A stretch of 63,622 nt of DNA, counting the filler, from Squatina squatina (taxonomy: Eukaryota): the NCBI GenBank assembly GCA_031763465.1. It is 4 parts of 4 records of this genome, joined end to end, with 100 filler letters (N's around TTAATTAATTAA, not from the genome) between each part and the next. Parts side by side here need not be neighbours in the genome. Positions count along the whole stretch, not along the records: positions 1 to 18,032 come from JARFOE010000189.1; positions 18,133 to 32,146 come from JARFOE010000194.1; 2 more parts are not named here. One strand, given 5' to 3'. Within the stretch, counting starts at the first letter, position 1, and every line of letters begins with the position of its first letter. Made by a program: the position numbers and the translations under genes. This document shows, piece by piece, positions 12,030 through 22,505 of this stretch. The notes under the pieces are model-generated. The model did not search any database, was not told the origin of the DNA, and saw nothing but the letters and a program-made list of their open reading frames with translations.

Positions 12030-13364
12030 CTGTTAAAAATCACAAAGAGGTTACAATTAGTCCATCCATTTATCAACAATGAGAAAAAAGAAATTGGCCT
12101 CATGTAAATTGTTATCTGCATGACTGCAGCACAGACTGAGTTACCACTTAATCAGGCAATTTACAAGACATAACTAGATTTACATGTTGCATAGTTTTGC
12201 CTCTCTTTTTAAAAAAATTATGATGTTTATTATTTCTTTGTCCTGCAAACCATTTTAGACAGGCTGGAGATTTGTCCCAAACTGCCATCAAGAGAAGCCA
12301 ACAACTAGTCATGAGGACATTTACAAGAGTGGAGTACTTAGCTTATCAATTTTCCCTAGCTCCTAGTGTAGAGGGGCTGGACTCCTTCAGTTCCTCCTTG
12401 CGATAGTACAGCTTAGATCGAGAATTCACCACATAGGGAACCTTGGGCTTAAAACCAGCTTCTCAATACCCTTCAACATAACAGCTCAAAGCTCCAGTGA
12501 GCCTTGCCTCTGTGCCATGTTAAATATTTTAAATCTCAGTTTTTTGACCAATACTCCAACACAGCCTATCCAGTGTCAAAGCAATGTGAAATTTTTAACT
12601 TTATGATCATTAGTATGAATGATGTCAGTACTGAGAAACAGATAATTTTTCAATATTGTGCACTCTGGGTGTGAATCATGCACTCCCAGGCAGCATGAGT
12701 TACATGCAGAATTAGTTTTTACATTGCTTAAATAATTCACTTTAACCTGAGAAAAATACCCCCCGACCAGTCCAACATTTTAATTTCCTATTCTAGCCAT
12801 CCTCGTTACATCTGAACAAAACTGTTGATTGGGCGACAATTAATGCTCAGTCATAGGCAGTCTTTACCTGTAGTTCTTTATCCACTAGGAACTGGCCTGA
12901 GGCTGCTGAAAAACTAATTTCACATAGAACCCGTACAACCAGAGAAAAGAAATTTCAATCTTATGAGAGGTGAAATGGCAGTGTACTAACCTACTGTCCC
13001 ACCGAGTCATAGAATATTGTAAAAGCGTCTGTAAATTGCACATCGTCTGAGTCAGGATATATACAGCAGCGTCTCATCATATATCACTAATACTGTGCAA
13101 GTGATACAATGATGCAGTTGAACACAATGTACATCTTTGCATTGGGTGACATAATGGAGTTCTAAGCTTGAATGAATACTGGCCTACGTGGGAGGAAATT
13201 GAATTGGTACGCTGGAGTCCTATACTCGGATCAAGTATCTACCTATGTAGTCTGAGCTGCAATATCATTGGAATGGGGACATGATTCATTCTCCATCAAT
13301 GTTACTTAACAAGCACCGAAAACATATATGTTTAAGTATTTCCAAAGCTAAAACAGTAACATAC

Positions 13365-13448
13365 CTGCTGTACATGATTTGGAGGCTTTGAATTTACCCA
13401 GTTTATCTTGTTGTTCTAAATTGTCCAGTTTGCTCTTATCAACATCTC
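13365..13448 (-). CDS. cusr: Probable penultimate exon of the Cu-only SOD repeat protein (84 bp)
   Basis: tcttcttttcag|GAGATGTT...GCAG|gtatgt. Encodes (G)DVDKSKLDNLEQQDKLGKFKASKSCTA(G). Phase 1-1. Confidence 0.7.
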
Positions 13449-13774
13449 CTGAAAAGAAGAAAACATTTTCTCAATTAGAACTGATATAGCTTTGGGGAAC
13501 AGAAGAACATACGAAATAGGAGCAGGAGTAGGCTATTCGGCTCTTTGAGCCTTCTCCACCATTNNNNNNNNNNNNNNNNNNNNNNNNNNNNNNNNNNNNN
13601 NNNNNNNNNNNNNNNNNNNNNNNNNNNNNNNNNNNNNNNNNNNNNNNNNNNNNNNNNNNNNNNGGGAGAAAACTAAAAAGGTAGGAGTTTAGCATTCCAG
13701 AATGCAAGGCCAACCTGGTTGAAGGATTTGCCAATGAATTTGCTTCTCAACTTTGAAATCCATTCAGATCAATA

Positions 13775-14110
13775 AAGTCCTATGATTAATCCCTGGTTTG
13801 TGTTAATTTATCAGATTTCAGTCAAGGTGGCAGTGCAATTGAACCAAGGCTTCAAATTTAGCAGGAGAAATATCAGCCATGGCTTTCATTCCTAATCTCC
13901 ATCCAGTGATTTCTGATGGAAAGTATGCATAATTGGATGAAAACAGAATTGGGCTATAACACTTCCCAAAGTTCAGTAGGTTGCTGTCACTCACTACTTG
14001 GGCTTACACATATAAAGACCAGCCACTTGGGCAAGGTAGTGAGTAGCTCACTGTTAGTGCCCATGGAACAGTATCCCTGTCTGAGACACCATTTTGAAGA
14101 GAGGAGTAAG
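13775..14110 (+). mobile_element. Decayed LF-SINE-like element in a CSRP intron
   Basis: Contains the blocks AATATCAGCCATGGCTTTCATTCCTAATCTCCATCCAGTGATTTCTGATGGAAAGT and GGCTTACACATATAAAGACCAGCCACTTGGGCAAGGTA, which resemble the LF-SINE consensus as I recall it. Confidence 0.6.
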
Positions 14111-14238
14111 TTGGGAAAAATGGAAAGATACTTTTGGATACCTAGTATTGAAAGCCTAAAATGTCTAGAGTATTAAGAACAGTGAACTATTCAATCAGCC
14201 TCAAGCAGCAAAAAAATTGATAAGTTTGTAAAACTTAC

Positions 14239-16086
14239 CGTGATCCATTTGCCTGATAAATAACCAATGAACGTCTTGCAATGCTATGAGGTCCAAACAA
14301 GGGCATGTTCCTGTCCATGTACTTATCAATGTGTTGGTCCAGACCATTCAGTGTTCCAAATTTCCCACTGATATCACCAACTTCATACTGGTCAACTGTA
14401 CCATGTCCTGGCTTGGGAGACAAAGATCCATTCACATGGAATGGGTTGTAACGGCCTTTAAGACTAATGTCAGAACAGGCATCGGTGTTTGAAGAACCGG
14501 TTTTGATGGGAAGTGTGTGGATGTTGTAAGTTCCTGCTTCACCATTCAGATCTGTTAAATTAACATACACAAAAGTACAGTCTAAATCAGAAAGTTGTTT
14601 GAATGCCACATTTCCTCTTACTGTTCCAACACCCCTCCATGAATCAATCTCCATTGAAGCTGGACGAAGAAAGGTTACATTAGCACAAGCTAAGCGAGAG
14701 GATACGCGATTTTCTCCATGAATGACCACTGACCGAGGAGCAATGGACAGTGGCCCAGCAAGTGCTGAAGTACTATCAGTAAAGAAGTACTTAGTGTCAA
14801 CTGCTCTGGTAAGATTGGTGAGCTTTATTGCTTGATGTTTTTTAGCATAGTCACCAACTTCACATCGGAAAGGGCTGTCCGGGCTACACTCCATGTTATA
14901 CTGATGACCAACATCTACTTTGAAAGGGTTAAAATGCCCCTTGGTACTTAAGCAAATGTTTGAGTCAGAATCCAACTCAGAGCTGATTGGGTNNNNNNNN
15001 NNNNNNNNNNNNNNNNNNNNNNNNNNNNNNNNNNNNNNNNNNNNNNNNNNNNNNNNNNNNNNNNNNNNNNNNNNNNNNNNNNNNNNNNNNNNNNNNNNNN
15101 NNNNNNNNNNNNNNNNNNNNNNNNNNNNNNNNNNNNNNNNNNNNNNNNNNNNNNNNNNNNNNNNNNNNNNNNNNNNNNNNNNNNNNNNNNNNNNNNNNNN
15201 NNNNNNNNNNNNNNNNNNNNNNNNNNNNNNNNNNNNNNNNNNNNNNNNNNNNNNNNNNNNNNNNNNNNNNNNNNNNNNNNNNNNNNNNNNNNNNNCTTCT
15301 AAAAAGCCATGTCTTCCACTCAAGTCCCCTATTTCATACTGATCATGGGTTTCGTTTGTGTCTCGGGGGTAGGAAGGACTGGATGAAACCTTCCCAAATG
15401 GATCCCAGTGCCCTCCTAGATTATCATTTCCACAAAGCTTATCTTCTGGGGTACGGCGCTGAGGCACTGGGAAATTGTGGACATGGTAGGCACGAGCCAA
15501 CTGTTGCAGATTCATCAAAGACACAGTGTAGTCCGTGGCATCAAATGGGGAAACTTGACGAAACATTAAAGTTCCTTTGACAGCGTTCATATCTATGTAA
15601 GCCCAGACCTGCTTTGCTCCGACCGCCTGAACTTCAGTGCAAGCCCACTCGCTGCCATCGTACATGTATAGGAATTGTTTGCGGCTCCTGTCTGGTAGAG
15701 TGACCCCATCACTGCGACTTTTTATAGGATTTAAAGGGATGCCCACTTTGAACGTGCCGAGCAAAGTCCAATTGTTCGGCCCGTTGATCTGTGCTGGTGG
15801 GGTACAACTCGCTGCCCCTACTTGCAGGTACAGAGACACGTTCATTTCCACCTTGCTGTTGTTAATCGCCATCAGATCGGTCAGTATCCTTGCCGAGCTC
15901 TCTTCATCATTCTGGCGGATGTAGACATCTCCGGCTATGGAGCAGAAAAATTTCCCCTGCCAGGTCTTGGTGTTCCCAACTTTCCTTATAGTGCCACATG
16001 CTTTACGTGCGTTTCCACAGCCCTCAATGATGACTGTCAGATCGGAGAGGTCAGATTTGAGCTGGAAAAGCCGGCTCTCCATCAGT
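14239..16086 (-). CDS. cusr: Large exon of a Cu-only superoxide dismutase repeat protein (CSRP); 5' end lies in a gap
   Basis: Tandem SOD1-fold repeats: YHVH...GGHWDPF...YEIGDLSGRHG; GHFNPF...CEVGD...RSVVIHG...RLACANV; YNIH...GRYNPF...YEVGDISGKFG...RRSLVIY. These show the E-x-G-D motif and short loop VII of Cu-only SODs. Donor CG|gtaag at 14238. The 303-N internal gap preserves the frame. Confidence 0.9.
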
Positions 16087-16369
16087 NNNNNNNNNNNNNN
16101 NNNNNNNNNNNNNNNNNNNNNNNNNNNNNNNNNNNNNNNNNNNNNNNNNNNNNNNNNNNNNNNNNNNNNNNNNNNNNNNNNNNNNNAAGTGTGCGGAAGG
16201 GGGCTGAATAATAAAAGTTAAGTGAAAGTTCATATGAATAAATTCTGTTTGTGTAAAGAAAGGTGTAATTTCATCTCTATTTAATGAGTGTTGTGCTGGA
16301 TCAGTGCAGAGCATCAAATGAAAGGGCAACTGTGATGCATGTACCATTATGTGACAGCGGAGGCTAAAT

Positions 16370-17517
16370 GAATAGCTCGCAGATGAGTTGCAGCCACACC
16401 TTCAGACCAGGGTATGTTCGACAACGCCTTCCTCGACCTCCTTAAAGCCAATGAGGGGCTTGGACCTCTTGCTCCTCTGAAGGCAAGTCTTGTTGGGTGC
16501 CACCATCTTGCTGATCCACCTGATTCTGAGCAAGTGTGGGCAGAGAAATGAGAGACACTGCAGATGTTAGCTGTCGTTCCTTGAAAGGTGCCATTGNNNN
16601 NNNNNNAACGTGGAGAGCCAGTGTGAGGTTAAGGGCCACTGAGAGCAGTAGAAGGCCTGTTTTGAGGCTGAAGGGCAGGCTGCAGGAGTTGGCAGAGTTC
16701 ATTCAAGACCACCTTTCTGAAAGGCAGTCAACGAAGGGGTTGGTCGTCTGTCATCTGCAGGTAGTTGAATCTGCTTCTGTGAACTCTGTGGGCAAACCTC
16801 CCTGTAGGTGGCCTCTGCCTCCACCCTCTGCAGTGGCCTGGGCAGTGCCACCAGTGGTGCAGTGGCTCTGGGAGGTCAGGTAGTTGTTGCTGTTGGCCTG
16901 GTTGAGGATCTGCTTCTTCCTCAGCCCTGGCCTCATTTATCTCTGCCCCTATATCTATCTGCCTGTCTTGAAGGTCTCCTCTGTTCATCTGGTTATGCAC
17001 CTGATGTTGTATGAGTATCTATTCGACCATGAGTGCATCACCCATGTCGTCTGGGGCAGAAATCTTTAAGATAGTGAAAGCTCAGATGAAACCAACGAGA
17101 AGTCAGAGTGAGGCTTTAAAGTGAAAAGTCACATGATTTGATTGAAATGGAGCTGGGAGACAAAGTTATCATGAAGCCCAGTACCAGAGCTTTCTATAAC
17201 GCTAAAAGTTGAGAGTAGAGGTGTGTCAACGCCCAAAAAACAGGGTGTTGACAACGCTAAAGTTAAGGCATTGTAGCCTTGTTCAATTCCAGGGCGTTAC
17301 TCTTATTTGGGCGTTGCGCCCACTGATGACGTCATCAGGACACTCGAACGCTAAAACTCGCGATTGTGACCAAAACCCATTAACGCCCGTTTAGTGCCGG
17401 CGTTAATGGGTAGTCAAAGTTCGCGCCAAAAAGCTTAATGCTATAAGTTGGCATTAAGCACTTTGCGCCCATTTAGCGCCATTTTAACGCTTAAATAAAA
17501 CTACGAATTGGGCGCCC
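16370..17517 (-). mobile_element. PIF/Harbinger DNA transposon remnant (HARBI1-like nuclease pseudogene plus terminal region)
   Basis: Minus strand reads HRVHRSRFNYLQMTDDQPLR*LPFRKVVLNELCQLLQPALQPQNRPSTAL...NGTFQGTTANICSVSHFSAH, the Harbinger nuclease N-terminus with stops and frameshifts. CpG-rich subterminal repeats at 17195-17500 end in GAATTGGGCGCCC followed by TAA. Confidence 0.75.
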
Positions 17518-17561
17518 TAAATATTTTTGGCAACAATTAAATAGTTGCCAAAAATATTTAG
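17517..17561. repeat. Perfect 18-bp inverted repeat with a 9-nt loop
   Basis: CTAAATATTTTTGGCAAC-AATTAAATA-GTTGCCAAAAATATTTAG. Confidence 0.95.
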
Positions 17562-18032
17562 TCTAAACCTAAACCTCTTTCACTATTTTTAAGAGTCCTA
17601 CAGCAATATGGTTTTATTTCTTACGTAGCTCACTTTTGGAAGTTTAGTCCAAGGAATTCTCCCAACACATAAATATCAGTTCCAAACAGCTCAAAAAATT
17701 GACATCCTGTTCATGTAACTGAAAGTCACTGATAGAATAAATAAATGACTGTGTCCTTAGAGAGATGACTCACCACTGCAAACTGTAGCTTCAGTCCATG
17801 TCTTACACATTGGATAGGCTGCCTTTATACTGCCCGACTATTCTGAGACCATTGGTTTGCAGCGCCACATTTACACTACAGGCAGATCATTCCAAATCTA
17901 TACTCCAACTGCTATAAGAGAATTTTACATAATGTGCTTACGTGCATCTGCAGGCATTAAATTACAAATGTTTTCAGAATGTGGGCAGAAACATTCAGTT
18001 TGGATTTTTACTCCATGTATTTCGGCTTACGT

Positions 18033-18132
18033 NNNNNNNNNNNNNNNNNNNNNNNNNNNNNNNNNNNNNNNNNNNNTTAATTAATTAANNNNNNNNNNNN
18101 NNNNNNNNNNNNNNNNNNNNNNNNNNNNNNNN
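18033..18132. other. Artificial scaffold linker (44N + TTAATTAATTAA + 44N)
   Basis: A 12-mer with stop codons in all six frames, at 18077-18088, centred in a 100-bp spacer. Confidence 0.97.
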
Positions 18133-18830
18133 ACTCCCCTCTAATCATTCTACCAATTGCTTTTAAATCTATGCCCCCTGGTTATTGACCTCTCTGCTAA
18201 GGGCAATAGGCCCTTCCTATCTAGGCCCTCATAATTTTATATACTTCAATTAAATTTCCCCTCCACCTCCTCTGTCCCAAAGAAAACAACCCCAGCCTAT
18301 CCAATCTTTCCTCGTAGCTAAAATTCTCCAGCTCTGGCAACATTCTTGTAAATCTCTTCTTACCCTCTCCATCACAATCACATCTTTCCTGTAATGTGGT
18401 GACCAGAACTGTACGAAGTACTCTAACTAATGTTTTATACAATTCAAGCATAACCTCCCAGCTCTTGTATTCTATGCCTCAGCTAATAAAGGAAAGTATC
18501 CTGTATGCCTTCGTAACCACCTTATCTTCTTGCCACTTTCAGGGATCTGTAGACATGCAGTCCAAGGTCTCTCTGTTCCTCTACATTTCTCAATGTCCTA
18601 CCATTTATTGTGTATTCCCTTGTCTTGTTAAGCCTCCCCAAATGCATTACCTCACACGTCTCCAGACTGAATTCTATTTTGCCAATTTTCTCCCCACCTG
18701 ACCAGTCTATTGCTATCTTCCTGCAGTCTACAGCTTTCTCCCTCACTATCAACCACATGGCCAATTTTTGGATCATCTCCAAACTTCTTAATCATGTCCC
18801 CTATGTTGAAATCTAAATCACTGATGTAAA
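18133..18830 (-). mobile_element. CR1 LINE ORF2 3' portion, degenerate
   Basis: IKKFGDDPKIG..., EEQRDLGLHV, LELYKTLVR and ERLDRLGLFSLGQRRWRGNLIEVYKIM, read across frameshifts. Confidence 0.9.
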
Positions 18831-19079
18831 CCTCAAAATGCAAGGGATTTTGTGATCTTCTAAATATTTAAAATTATATTTTGATATTTTTATCAATGTG
18901 AAATACCAAGAGGGAGCAACTAACAATTAAAAACAAGAAGGACTATTAGTCACCAGCAATCAAGCCTTAAACATCAATATTCGTTTTGCCATATTTCCAT
19001 CCAGAATTTCATCAATAAAGACATCAATGTGAATACTTCTCCATAATTTAATAGAAGCAAAAAAATCTTTGACCTGACT

Positions 19080-19270
19080 AGTTGAGGCCAAATCATTGAA
19101 TATATTCAAGAGGGAGTTAGACATAGTTCTTGGGCTAAAGGGATCAAGGGATAGGGGGAGAAAGCGGGAACAGGGTACTGAATTTGGATGATCAGCGATG
19201 ATCATCCTGAATGGCGGAGCAGGCTCGAAGGGCCGAATGGTCTACTCCTGTTCCTATTTTCTATGTTTCC
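19080..19270 (+). mobile_element. CR1/HER1-type LINE 3' tail
   Basis: Ends GAATGGCGGAGCAGGCTCGAAGGGCCGAATGGTCTACTCCTGTTCCTATTTTCTATGTTTC. The same tail occurs at 13495-13563, 41185-41283, 45675-45750 and 48655-48975 (minus) and 56200-56350 (plus). Confidence 0.85.
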
Positions 19271-22189
19271 ACATGCTTATATTTCAAGTAATAACGAACA
19301 AGTAGGGACACAGTTTTGGGAGCAGTTTCAGAGTGCAATTACTTCATGTAATCCAGCAAATATATACTCATTCCTTTGTTATAGAACCTGCTATAAGTCA
19401 ACAGTGAAGCTAAAGACACATTTGAAACCGAACTGATTCTGTCAACAGGCTTTGTCCTCTAGGTATGAGATTTCCAATTCCCTAGATCCAGTAATTACTG
19501 TATATTTTATAGAAGATTAGGCAAACAAGTACTAATTGAGTTCCTGGATGACAGCCAAACTGTCACTACATACACACACAAGGCTGAAGACATGCAACTT
19601 AAAGGAAAGGTGTTAAACAAGTGGCTATTTGGTTGTAGCCTCACGTCATACTTATATATTCCAAAGACAACTGGAGTTAAATTAGAATGGAATCTTAAAC
19701 TAGTAACACAAATTAAAAGAAATTTGAGTTCTCTGTCAATTTGTATCAAAAGGGGGGGTTGGATTTTAACTCCATCCACCTGATGGGAGTAGGGTTGCCA
19801 GCTTTGGTTGTGTGTATTCTTGAAGGTTTCATCACATGACCTTCCACCTCCAACTGGGAGAAGTGGCCAACAGTGTTGGCGTCNNNNNNNNNNNNNNNNN
19901 NNNNNNNNNNNNNNNNNNNNNNNNNNNNNNNNNNNNNNNNNNNNNNNNNNNNNNNNNNNNNNNNNNNNNNNNNNNNNNNNNNNAAACATCAGGATCCTAT
20001 TGACCTCATACGACCCCGGTTTAAATAACTAACTGAGCTGTGTGTTTGCTTCAGGTGGCCCCGTGGTCTGTCTATTCCAGGGAGCCCCTCTACTGTGCAG
20101 GCAAGTTGGACGATTACAGGACTGGATGTGCACCCTCAGCCTTCAAATTATGCTGACTATTTTCAGTTTTTTGATATAGTACAGCTGGTTAGCTTAAGTT
20201 TTGGATCATAGACATTTATAGCGCAGGAGGAGGCCAATTAGCCCGTCATTCTCTGTGCTGACTCTGCTTGAACAATCCAAAGCTAATCCTACTGCCCTGC
20301 AATCAATATTGAGCCAAAAGTCTACATGACCTTTACCGTTATGAAGACAAATGCTCTCCCTTGTGTTGGAAATCAGTGGTGTCCAAAATATATATGGTTA
20401 TGCAAACAAAACTGTGACGTGAATCATGCTGTGTTTGCATAATTGTGTTAGAACTGGAGACAAAATGTCTCCTCAGGCCAGTATTAGAGTAATTAGATAG
20501 GTGCTTGGAATGTGCTAATCTTTTGGTTTCTTTAAGAAGTTTCTTAAAAATTGTTTTGGTTACAGCATCCTGCACTTTGACAGCTATACATGATCTTGTT
20601 TCCAAGCAACTATCTGTTATTTTCAAGTTAGGATTTCAACTTTGTTTAGATATCTTTAATTGAACCAACTAAGCTCTATATTATTACGAAGAATCAAGTT
20701 ATAATTAAAAGTTGATTGGTATAGAAAGGCTTAGAATGGAATGAATTTGGAGCAGTTAAAATATCCATTTCAGAATCGAGCAGTTTGTTAGATTAAAAGG
20801 AGATAATGAACGGCAGGAGGGAGACAACTCTAGCTAGGGCCTCATGATTGATAAGGTACAAGACAAGGCATGCTAGGGACCAGAGAGATAAGACATAACT
20901 TCCAAAGGAAGAGCCATCAGAAAGTTTAAACAAGATAAATTGGCTGAGACCATGAGGCCCCTATTGGAGGAGGGCTTTAAGTCAAGAATAGAGACAAAGA
21001 ACTCAACACCTCATTGGGTAATAAGTTTAAAGGGAACATCCATAGGTTGAATAGTCTTGTCAATATCTCATTACAGGCCCACCCCTAAAAAGAGAATAAA
21101 AGTAGCACCCCGAGGGTCTAACTGAGCAGACAGTGATGGGGAGAACCATACAGAAGTTGGGCTGGTCGAACGCTCTTTCGAGAGTGATCCCATGCTCACC
21201 AAAGGAAATTCTGGATGAGAGGAAGACAGGCCACAAGCCAGAAAACTGTTCACGTGCGCCAACCGTTTGTCCGATTGTGATCTACTTGTTACGGTTGTAT
21301 GTTTTTGCTATATAACTAGTGTGTTACATACCATCTGAAACTCTAATTAAACACAATATACCCATCATATTGGTTTACAGTCAATTCTGACTACTAAAGT
21401 GACCAGAGATAGCCATAAAGTGGTTATTTAATACACTTGAGTCCCCCAGACTTTCCTTGTCCACTAATTACTTTATATATTACAGGTAAAGTTCTGCATA
21501 GTTGTTTTAGTCACAAAAGGAATTAGATTTTCAACTTACTGCCCAGGCTTTAAACTCGTTCTCTTGGTCGGCCACCATAACTTCGCCAGAAATCCCATGG
21601 ACGTGTAAACAGGGTTTTCCACTGATCTTGGGAGAATCTCCGAGGAAATTTCCGATAATACAATTTATACTTTCATTTGATTACATGGTGCAAAGTTTAT
21701 CACATTGTTGAGTTGTCAATCAATGTGTATCCCACTTATACATTTAAAAATGCCAGTAACCTATCTTGTAATTATAATTTGCCTAATTTTTTTTCTGGGT
21801 AGGCTCATTAGAAAATAAAGCAGTGAGATGAAATAAACGGCTGGTATAATTGCAGTCAGTGAGTAACAACAAATTTGTCATTTAGTCTGCCTCTTCTTCC
21901 ATCACTCTTGCTTAAATGATTCTGTGAAATCAGACAAAAGACACTAATTAATCAAACCAGTTGGCTCTGTGCACCGACAGCACATCTGGCTGTGGAAAGG
22001 TAAAGAAGTGGATAACAATAGTCAAGCTGCCTTTTTCCCTTCCAAAGGTTTGGAACAGTCTGTTACAGTCAGCAGAGCAGATGGCAGCGGCCATTCAGCA
22101 CAAATGTTGTAACTGGATGAAGGCAGAGTTAAACTCGACATACCTTCACTTTGCCAGCTGAACTGACAAACTGCTTTTGTTGGGTTATT

Positions 22190-22505
22190 GGACCAGGAGG
22201 AGGCCTTTCAGCCCCTCAAACCTGTTGCATAGAAACAGGAGGAGGCCGTTCAGCCCCTCGAACCTGTTGTATAGGAACAGGAGGAGGCCATTCAACCCCT
22301 CGAGCCTGTTACATAAGAACAGGCATAGGCCATTCAGCCCCTCAAACCTGTCACATAGGAACAGGCATAGGCCATTCAGCCCCTTGAGCCTGTTACATAG
22401 AAACAGGTGGAGGCCATTCAGCCCCTCAAACCTGTCACATAGGAACAGGTGGAGGCCATTCAGCCCCTCGAACCTATTACATAGGAACAGGCGGAGTCCA
22501 TTCAG
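22190..22505. repeat. Minisatellite, about 7.5 copies of a 42-bp unit derived from a LINE 3' tail
   Basis: The unit is approximately AGGAACAGGAGGAGGCCATTCAGCCCCTCGAACCTGTTACAT. Its reverse complement matches the CR1 tail at about 57344-57385. Confidence 0.92.

Noticed and set aside
18077-18088. TTAATTAATTAA as a biological palindrome or homeodomain site (also 32191 and 47048)
   Set aside because: It is always centred in 44N+44N, so it is an assembly linker.
20780-21420. Possible endogenous retrovirus LTR
   Set aside because: The composition is suggestive, but I could not define TG...CA ends, a TSD or a primer-binding site.
21536-21660. Possible minus-strand exon ending at a gtaagt donor near 21539
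   Set aside because: There is no convincing acceptor or start and no recognisable peptide in any frame.
22190-22505. CRISPR array, or repeat proteins from ORFs 22151-22387, 22177-22557 and 22185-22682
   Set aside because: The units are contiguous with no unique spacers, there are no cas genes, and the context is vertebrate. The ORFs stay open only because the 42-bp unit lacks stops.
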